Assembly: GCA_965248925.1 (NCBI GenBank)
Contig: CBDFLE010000005.1
Coordinates: forward strand, 1,920,001-1,984,000
Direction: 5' to 3'
Length of the DNA: 64,000 nucleotides
DNA from: Candidatus Multivoradales bacterium
Lineage (GTDB): Bacteria; Acidobacteriota; Thermoanaerobaculia; Multivoradales; J023
Positions 57,656 to 64,000 of the stretch are shown here, one piece after another. A program made the translations under genes and the position numbers. The notes beneath the pieces are model-generated. The model did not search any database. It was not told where the DNA came from and worked only from the letters and a program-made list of their open reading frames with translations. Positions within the stretch are counted from its first letter, which is position 1. Each line of letters begins with the position of its first letter.

Positions 57656-57666
57656 GAGGAGCAATT

Positions 57667-58923
57667 TTGCGCCGAGAACTGAGCTTACTCGCCACCGCCT
57701 GGTGGATGCTAACCCTCGCTTGTGCCCCGCCGAGCGAGAATCCCGAGCCACCCCAGCCAGTCCCAGCGCCGGCTCCACCGCGGGTCGCCGTCGGTCTGGA
57801 ACAACCCACCATTTTCCACCCCTTGCTAGCCGGCAAACGTCTCGGTCTGGTGGTCCACGGCGCCTCGCAGACCTGGGACGGACGCCACGCCATCGATGTG
57901 TTTCGTGATGCCGGGCTCGACGTGGTGCGGCTCTTCTCCCCCGAGCACGGACTGCGTGGCCAAGCCGCGGCCGGTGAGGCAGTCGCTAGAGGTCTCGACA
58001 CGGCAAGCGGCTTGCCGGTAGTGAGCCTCTATGGCGCCGAGCACCAACCCCAGCCGGCCGATCTGGCGGATCTCGAGGCGCTGGTATTCGATCTGCAAGG
58101 TGCCGGCGTGCGCTTCTACACCTACGTCTCGACGCTGATTCTGTGCCTCGAAGCGGCTGCCGAAAACGATCTCGAGTTCATCGTGCTCGACCGCCCCAAC
58201 CCGCTCAGTGGGGTGCGTATCGAAGGCCCGGTGGCGGCGCCGCGCGAGCAGGTAGCGGCCAGTTTCGTCAACCTGGCGCCGGGGCCGCTGGTCCACGGTC
58301 TGACGCTGGGAGAGATGGCCCGGCAAGTCAACGGCACTCGCCAGCAGCCAGCCCGGCTAACGGTGGTGAAGATGGCCGGTTGGCAGCGCGCCATGACCTG
58401 GGCCGACACTGGCCGCCCTTGGCTGCCGCCATCGCCCAACCTGCGCAGCGCCGAAGCCGCCATGGCCTACCCCGGCAGCGCTCTCTTCGAAGCCACCAAC
58501 GCCTCTGAAGGCCGCGGCACCGAGGCCCCCTTCTTGCTCCTCGGAGCGCCCTGGTTCGATCCTGGTCCCCGAGTTCTGGTGCGCCATGGATTCGAACTGC
58601 GCCCGGCCCGCTTCGTGCCCCAGCCCTCACCAGCGGCGCCCAAGCCCAAGCTGCTCAACCAACAGTGCGCTGGCTGGCGACTGTCGGTAGTCGACGCCAA
58701 GGCTGCCCATCCCTACGCCCTCGGCCTCGAATTGGTCGCCCAACTAGCCGCCGAGCCAGAGTTCGAATGGCGCCGCCAGGGTGCCGCCCTGACCTGGCTG
58801 CTGGGCACTCCACGGGTTTATCAACAGCTCGCTGATGGCCGACCGATCAGCGAAATTCTGGCCCAAGACCATGCCGACCACGTCGCTTGGCGAAAGCAAA
58901 GCCACGACGCCCGGCTGTATTGA
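57667..58923 (+). CDS. DUF1343 / NamZ-like exo-beta-N-acetylmuramidase, probable lipoprotein
   Basis: LFSPEHG, RFYTY, LDRPNP, HGLTLGE, PSPNL, SEGRGT; TTG start after GAGGAG; LTLAC lipobox. Confidence 0.88.
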   Translation: MRRELSLLATAWWMLTLACAPPSENPEPPQPVPAPAPPRVAVGLEQPTIFHPLLAGKRLGLVVHGASQTWDGRHAIDVFRDAGLDVVRLFSPEHGLRGQAAAGEAVARGLDTASGLPVVSLYGAEHQPQPADLADLEALVFDLQGAGVRFYTYVSTLILCLEAAAENDLEFIVLDRPNPLSGVRIEGPVAAPREQVAASFVNLAPGPLVHGLTLGEMARQVNGTRQQPARLTVVKMAGWQRAMTWADTGRPWLPPSPNLRSAEAAMAYPGSALFEATNASEGRGTEAPFLLLGAPWFDPGPRVLVRHGFELRPARFVPQPSPAAPKPKLLNQQCAGWRLSVVDAKAAHPYALGLELVAQLAAEPEFEWRRQGAALTWLLGTPRVYQQLADGRPISEILAQDHADHVAWRKQSHDARLY

Positions 58924-59139
58924 CTAACGACCCCGAGGGCCGACCACCTGGCCCGCGCTGGAGATTTCGAGCAAGATAGCCTCCCTTCCATCCGACATTT
59001 CCTATAACAAGTGCTTGCAGGCCCGCAATCGAAGGGTCATACTCTTAGAGCTTAAATCAAATTAGCCGATAGGCTTGCGTTCAGCCACCCCGCCTGGCGA
59101 TCCTCCTATCCACTTCTAGAAATTTCTGGAGTCCAAGAA

Positions 59140-60873
59140 ATGCTGCGATCTTCCCTCCGGCTTGCAATTGCTGCGCTGCTCGTCACCAGCGCGCTGCCCA
59201 CCGTCGCCCAGACCACCGGCCACACCATCGACCAGAGTCGTGGCGTCGACGCGCGGGTCGACTATGCCTCTCTCGCCGGTATCGGTCCTTGGGATGACCG
59301 CAACTACCAGTTGACCCAAGAAGACATCGCATTGCTGACCGACAACGAGCGCGAACTGAACGAGGGCATTCCGGCCTTCTACCGCGTCCACTTGCGGCGC
59401 ACCTTCCTCGACATGCCACGCACCGGCGAGCTGCAATATCCGCGCAGCGGCCTGCCCCGCTTCCTCAACGAATACGGCGGCTACTTGATCGACGGCAAGG
59501 TCTACACCCAGGTCGAGCACCACGGCAACAGCTGGCTTATCGATACCAGCAAAGGCGGCGTGTTGGAAAAGGCGTTCATCGCCCAGCGTGCTTTAGAGGG
59601 AGATGTGCGGGTGACCACCCCGATAGGCGCCGCCGAGTCGTCGATCGAGATCAATCCTGTCAATCCGATGCAGGTCGTCGCCGGCTCCAACGGCCCCGGC
59701 GGTGGTCAGCGCATGCACTACTCCACCGATGGGGGCGAGACCTGGACTCAAAGCGCAGCCCTACCCCTCGGCGGCACCTGCTGTGATCCGACCATCGATT
59801 GGTCGTCCGACGGCACCAAGGTCTACGCCGCCACCCTCGGCTCCGGTGTCTTCGTCTACCGTTCGGCCGACGGTGGCCAGACCTGGACCGACCTCGACAC
59901 TGAACCCGGTAACGATCCGCGCCGCGAACTCGGCGGCGGCGTCGACAAAGAGTTCCTCCATGTCGACCGCTATCCCACCTCGCCGCATCTGGACAATGTC
60001 TACCTGTCCTGGCATCAGGCCAACATCCAGCAATTCGCCTGCTCGACCGATTTCGGCCACACTTGGACGAGCCAAAACTTCGGTTCTGACCCACGCGGCA
60101 TCGGCTCGGACATCACCACCGACAAGGGCGGCACCGTCTACTACTTCTGGCCCAACACCAGTGGCCGCCTGATCCTGCTCAAACGCTCCACCGACGGCGG
60201 CGTCACTTTCGAAGCTGGCACGGTGACGGTAGCCACCACTGAAGGCTCGTTCATCTTCCCCTTGCCCTCGACCGAGAGCCGCGAGGTGTTTATCTACACA
60301 TCGGTCGACGTCGACTACTCAGACGGTCCCTTCGGCGACAGTATCTATGCCGCCTGGACCGACAACACCGGCCCGGATAGCGGCACTGCCGCCAACAACC
60401 ACGGTCGCATCCAGGTGGGCTATTCGCGCGATGGTGGCGACACCTGGACCCTCACCACGCCGCACGAGACCGCCGACGCCAACACCGTCGACCGCTGGCA
60501 CCAATGGCTGGCGGTGGGTCCGGACGGCAAGGTCTATGTGATGTTCTACGACACCCGTGTCAGCGGTCGCACCTCGGTCGATGTTTTCTACTCGGTGTCG
60601 AGTGACGGTGCCCAAACCTGGTCGACACCGGCCCGGCTGACCACCGCAACTTCGCCCAACAGCACCAGCGGCTTCGAATTCGGCGACTACAATGGCATGG
60701 ACGTAGCGGTGAACCAGCTGATCACAATTTTTTCCGATAACCGGGATGAGAATGGCGGCGGCGCCCAATCGATGGATGTCTACTCCGCCGGCTTGCTAAC
60801 CGGTGAGACGCCGATCTTCGAGGACGGGTTTGAGAGCAACGGCACCACGATGTGGGACTTCACCATGCCCTAG
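59140..60873 (+). CDS. Secreted BNR/Asp-box (sialidase-like) beta-propeller protein with C-terminal IFEDGFES tail
   Basis: Repeated S.DGG.TW Asp boxes; DKE and GDY motifs; signal peptide. Confidence 0.8.
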   Translation: MLRSSLRLAIAALLVTSALPTVAQTTGHTIDQSRGVDARVDYASLAGIGPWDDRNYQLTQEDIALLTDNERELNEGIPAFYRVHLRRTFLDMPRTGELQYPRSGLPRFLNEYGGYLIDGKVYTQVEHHGNSWLIDTSKGGVLEKAFIAQRALEGDVRVTTPIGAAESSIEINPVNPMQVVAGSNGPGGGQRMHYSTDGGETWTQSAALPLGGTCCDPTIDWSSDGTKVYAATLGSGVFVYRSADGGQTWTDLDTEPGNDPRRELGGGVDKEFLHVDRYPTSPHLDNVYLSWHQANIQQFACSTDFGHTWTSQNFGSDPRGIGSDITTDKGGTVYYFWPNTSGRLILLKRSTDGGVTFEAGTVTVATTEGSFIFPLPSTESREVFIYTSVDVDYSDGPFGDSIYAAWTDNTGPDSGTAANNHGRIQVGYSRDGGDTWTLTTPHETADANTVDRWHQWLAVGPDGKVYVMFYDTRVSGRTSVDVFYSVSSDGAQTWSTPARLTTATSPNSTSGFEFGDYNGMDVAVNQLITIFSDNRDENGGGAQSMDVYSAGLLTGETPIFEDGFESNGTTMWDFTMP

Positions 60874-60928
60874 CGGCCCCAGGACCAGGCGCCGTCCGGC
60901 GTCTGGTCTGTCTCTACGCTCAAACTCC

Positions 60929-62224
60929 TTAGTCGAGCAGCCGCTGGGCGGCCCGCTCACCACTCTCGTAGGCCTCGTCGGTCCAGTGGTAGCCCCACTC
61001 GCCATAGCGACCGGCGGTCTCGATGCCGATCTCCTGCAAATAGCCGCGCACGGTGGCTAGCGCCGCCGGCCGATCCAGGTCGAAAATGACATTGGCGTAG
61101 GGCACCAAGCGAGCACTGCGATGCAAGATGCTGTCGTCGGGGCGTAGCAGGCCGCAGCGTTTGAGATCGTTGATCACCGGCTCGATGCACTTTTCGGGGG
61201 AGCGATCGAGGGGACGGTATTTGGCCGAGTAGTAGACCTCGGCCTGAATGCTGCCAGCGCCGGGCGGCACGTTGTTGGGCGACAGCATGTGGGGAAAGCT
61301 CAGGCGGGTGAAGAAGTAGTCGTCGTCGTAAAAATAGGTCCAATGGGCCGGCGACAGATCCAGGCGATCGATGCCGAGATTGACCACCACGCAGGTGGTG
61401 CAAGCGAGCTGAGCAGCGGCTTGGAGAACCTCCTCGGGAACGCCTTGAATTCTCTGCACCAGCTCGGGCAGCGGCAGGGAGGAAATCAACTGACCAAAGG
61501 GCAGCTGGCTGCCGTCGGCAAAGGTCAGTCGGCCCGCCGCAGGCTCGATGCGGGTGACCTCGCGACCAAGTTCGAGGCGGCTTTGGCCGATGAAATCGCG
61601 CAAGAAGGCGACGAAACCACCATGGCTGGGATAGCGAAAGTTGTCAACGTAATGAACGTCCGCGGTCTGTGCCGACAGGGCGCCGCGTAGCACCTCTTCA
61701 AGATCCGGCCGATAGAGCCGCGGGCCGAGCCAGTCGGTGGTCATCCGGGCCGCTGCGCAAGTGTGGTACTTGTGGCCGTAGCGCAGCGGAAAGGTCTCAG
61801 CAAAGGTGCGGCCATAGCTCGCCACTAGCCAGTCTTCGTAGTGGCGAATCGCCGGATCCTGCTGCTGACTGGCGGCAACAAAATCGCGGATCACCGCCAC
61901 CACCAGATCCTCGGGCAAGCCATGCAGATTGCACTGCGCCGGGTGCTTGATCCACTGACCCCGCCAGTGATTGTTGACCCGAGTCTGCAAGACCTCGAAC
62001 TCGCCGCCGACGCTGTCGGCGAAGAGCTGCTGCAAGCGCTGATTCTTGGTGAAAGAGATATGCGGTCCGTCGTCAAACAAGAAATCGCCATGCTCGAAGC
62101 TGGCGGCATGGCCGCCGGCAAAGCTGTTCCTGTCGAAAATCCGTGCCTGCCGACCAGCATCGCGCAAGCGTTGGGCCGCGCCCAAGCCGGCCAAGCCAGC
62201 GCCGAGAATGACAATCTCGCTCAA
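60929..62224 (-). CDS. FAD-dependent oxidoreductase (UDP-galactopyranose mutase / protoporphyrinogen oxidase-like)
   Basis: GAGLAGL, GGHAAS, FDDGPH, AGRYGEWGY. Confidence 0.8.
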   Translation of the reverse strand: MSEIVILGAGLAGLGAAQRLRDAGRQARIFDRNSFAGGHAASFEHGDFLFDDGPHISFTKNQRLQQLFADSVGGEFEVLQTRVNNHWRGQWIKHPAQCNLHGLPEDLVVAVIRDFVAASQQQDPAIRHYEDWLVASYGRTFAETFPLRYGHKYHTCAAARMTTDWLGPRLYRPDLEEVLRGALSAQTADVHYVDNFRYPSHGGFVAFLRDFIGQSRLELGREVTRIEPAAGRLTFADGSQLPFGQLISSLPLPELVQRIQGVPEEVLQAAAQLACTTCVVVNLGIDRLDLSPAHWTYFYDDDYFFTRLSFPHMLSPNNVPPGAGSIQAEVYYSAKYRPLDRSPEKCIEPVINDLKRCGLLRPDDSILHRSARLVPYANVIFDLDRPAALATVRGYLQEIGIETAGRYGEWGYHWTDEAYESGERAAQRLLD

Positions 62225-63165
62225 GTTCCTTCCTCTCCCAAAGCCAGTTCAACCCGCCACCAATCGACCGTCTGCCGCAGTCCCTCATCTAGGCTCAGTC
62301 GCGGTCGCCAGCCGAGTTCGTCGCGCAGCCGCGAGACATCAGCCACCACCCGCGGCGGATCGTCCGCCGGCACCGCCAGGGCCCCCAGCTCGACCAGATC
62401 CTCGCGCCCGATCCAGCGCGCCGCGCCGAGGATCAGGCGACGCAATTCGACGGCCTCGCCCGAGGCAATATTGATCGGCCCGTCGAGCTCGCTATCGAGC
62501 ACCTTCACCAAGGCATCGGCGGCATCGATGGTCGAGAGATAGTCTCGTAACTGGCGACCGTGCGAACAACGCGCCGGCTCGCCGCGGAGCAAGGCATGGA
62601 TTACCGAAGCCAACAGCCGCGGCGGTTTTTCGTACGCGCCGTAAAGGAAGAACAACCGCGCCCAGGCACCGCCCAAGGGCGGACCGTGGTGGGCGATGAA
62701 ATCGGTGAACAGCTCACTGAGCGCCCGCTTGGCAAGGCCATAGGTAGTGCTCGGAACGAGCGGCGTGTGCAACTCCGAGCAGGGCTCCTCGCCCCACGCA
62801 TACTCCGCGCTACTGCCAACGAAGACCACCCGCTGGCCGCCACCGGCGACGAAATCGCGCAGCAGCTCCAGGCTGGCGGCCAGCCAGCGGTAGTTCTCGG
62901 CGCTGCGGTAGATTTCGCGACCGGAGTGCCAGGCCAGATGCAGCAGGTGGCTGGGGCGACTTTCGGCGAGCAACCCCCGGCGGGCAGCTGGATCGAGCAA
63001 GTCGGCCTGGCGCCAGTGCAATCGCCCCTGATCATTGACCGCATGGCTGCTCGACGCCGCCCAGACTTCGAAACCAGCATCGAGCAGCCGTTGTTGGCAA
63101 GGTTGGCCGACCAAGCCGCTGGCGCCGGTCAGCAACACCCTTTTCGTGCCCTCGGAACTCTCCAT
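62221..63165 (-). CDS. NAD-dependent epimerase/dehydratase
   Basis: TGASGLVG, HLAW, YGLAK, RDYL. Confidence 0.9.
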   Translation of the reverse strand: MESSEGTKRVLLTGASGLVGQPCQQRLLDAGFEVWAASSSHAVNDQGRLHWRQADLLDPAARRGLLAESRPSHLLHLAWHSGREIYRSAENYRWLAASLELLRDFVAGGGQRVVFVGSSAEYAWGEEPCSELHTPLVPSTTYGLAKRALSELFTDFIAHHGPPLGGAWARLFFLYGAYEKPPRLLASVIHALLRGEPARCSHGRQLRDYLSTIDAADALVKVLDSELDGPINIASGEAVELRRLILGAARWIGREDLVELGALAVPADDPPRVVADVSRLRDELGWRPRLSLDEGLRQTVDWWRVELALGEEGT

Positions 63166-63238
63166 GGGCGAGAGAATACTCTGCCGGCAACTACTTTGCG
63201 ATCCTCCGCCCCAGGGGTGGTCGGAATGAGGCCACCAT

Positions 63239-63360
63239 CGACATTCGCACGCCACTCCCGCAAGCGCGGCACGGTTTGTGTCCCCGTCCCGACAGCGACG
63301 TTATTCTCCAGCAAGTGATTTCAATCACTTGCGACATTCGCACGCCACTCCCGCAAGCGC
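63239..63360. repeat. 29-bp direct repeat (93-bp period) enclosing a 10-bp inverted repeat
   Basis: CGACATTCGCACGCCACTCCCGCAAGCGC at 63239-63267 and 63332-63360; GCAAGTGATT-TC-AATCACTTGC at 63311-63332. Confidence 0.85.
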
Positions 63361-63650
63361 TCTGCAGCCAACTCCGGGCGGCCTGCGCGGCGGCCGAATG
63401 CTGCCCAGCAGCGCGGCGGGACTGGCGGCCGAACGCTGCCCAGCAGCCGATGAATTACGCCGCGGGTCCGCGAGGGATTGAAATCCCTCGCTAGGATGTA
63501 ACGTCCCTGGCGGGACGGAGAGCAAGATAGCGGTTTTCGGAAATTTGGGCGATCTCCGGGAAATCCGGCCGGCCCCGGCAGGGGGGCAGATTTCGTACTA
63601 GCATTGCGGCGCGCCTGCCTGTCACCTAGTTTCTGTTGGAGAGTCTAAAT

Positions 63651-64000
63651 ATGAAGCACGTCGAGATCGCCTTCACCCTCACCCTGTCGCTACTGCTACC
63701 GCAGGCCCTGCTGACCGCCGAGCCGGCGCCGCAGCCAGCCACCAAGAACCTGCGCATTCCCCGCGATCAGGGCGAAGATCTGCTGGCCCCGCGACGCCGG
63801 AAACAGCTCGCCACCCAGGCCGACATCGCCGTCGACAGCTTCTTTCTGTTCACCGATCAGCGGCGCAAGAGCGGCATCGACTTTCACCATCGGGTGGTCG
63901 ACGATGGCGCTCGCGACTACAAGATGGTGCACTACGACCACGGCAACGGCTTGGCGGCGGCGGATGTGGACGGCGACGGCTTGCTCGACCTCTACTTCGT
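63651..64000 (+). CDS. CRTAC1/FG-GAP (ASPIC-UnbV type) protein, partial; runs off the window
   Basis: Translated by hand: MKHVEIAFTLTLSLLLPQA...SGIDFHH...DHGNGLAAADVDGDGLLDLYF; GGAG RBS. Confidence 0.8.
   Translation, partial: MKHVEIAFTLTLSLLLPQALLTAEPAPQPATKNLRIPRDQGEDLLAPRRRKQLATQADIAVDSFFLFTDQRRKSGIDFHHRVVDDGARDYKMVHYDHGNGLAAADVDGDGLLDLYF

Noticed and set aside
58081-58130. Inactive NamZ because QD is replaced by QG
   Set aside because: The PEHG and SEGRGT glutamates are retained; the evidence is insufficient
63239-63360. Mini CRISPR array
   Set aside because: Only two repeats, a 64-bp spacer, and no cas genes in the window

Overview
GC-rich bacterial window whose gene content resembles an Acidobacteriota (Thermoanaerobaculia-like) genome; that taxonomy is inference. 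About 0-54.7 kb is accessory and mosaic. It holds, in order: a DUF3892-caspase pair and an intracellular S8 protease; a run of gene fragments; a sigma54-type sulfatase / octaheme-TPR cytochrome / phosphoesterase operon facing a frameshifted kinase-AAA-GAF-sigma54 activator; a 21-kb three-gene locus of giant secreted proteins; an IS6 remnant; an att-like site with a broken tyrosine integrase, interrupted by an rve-type element that itself carries a group II intron 2 nt inside its terminus; and an ECF sigma / Ser-Thr kinase cassette. From about 54.8 kb the genes look like cell-envelope genes (glycosyltransferases, NamZ-like, BNR protein, sugar-nucleotide enzymes, CRTAC1-like). The best candidate for an undescribed system is the 20.8-41.9 kb locus. 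A 2601-aa Ig-repeat protein ends in a ZU5-like domain and a low-GC tip with a colicin M-like DxYDF motif. It is coupled to a low-GC secreted gene (possible immunity) and followed by a 3809-aa Ca-binding/vWA partner, which suggests a giant-adhesin polymorphic toxin system. All family calls come from motif recognition by eye; no database searches were run.
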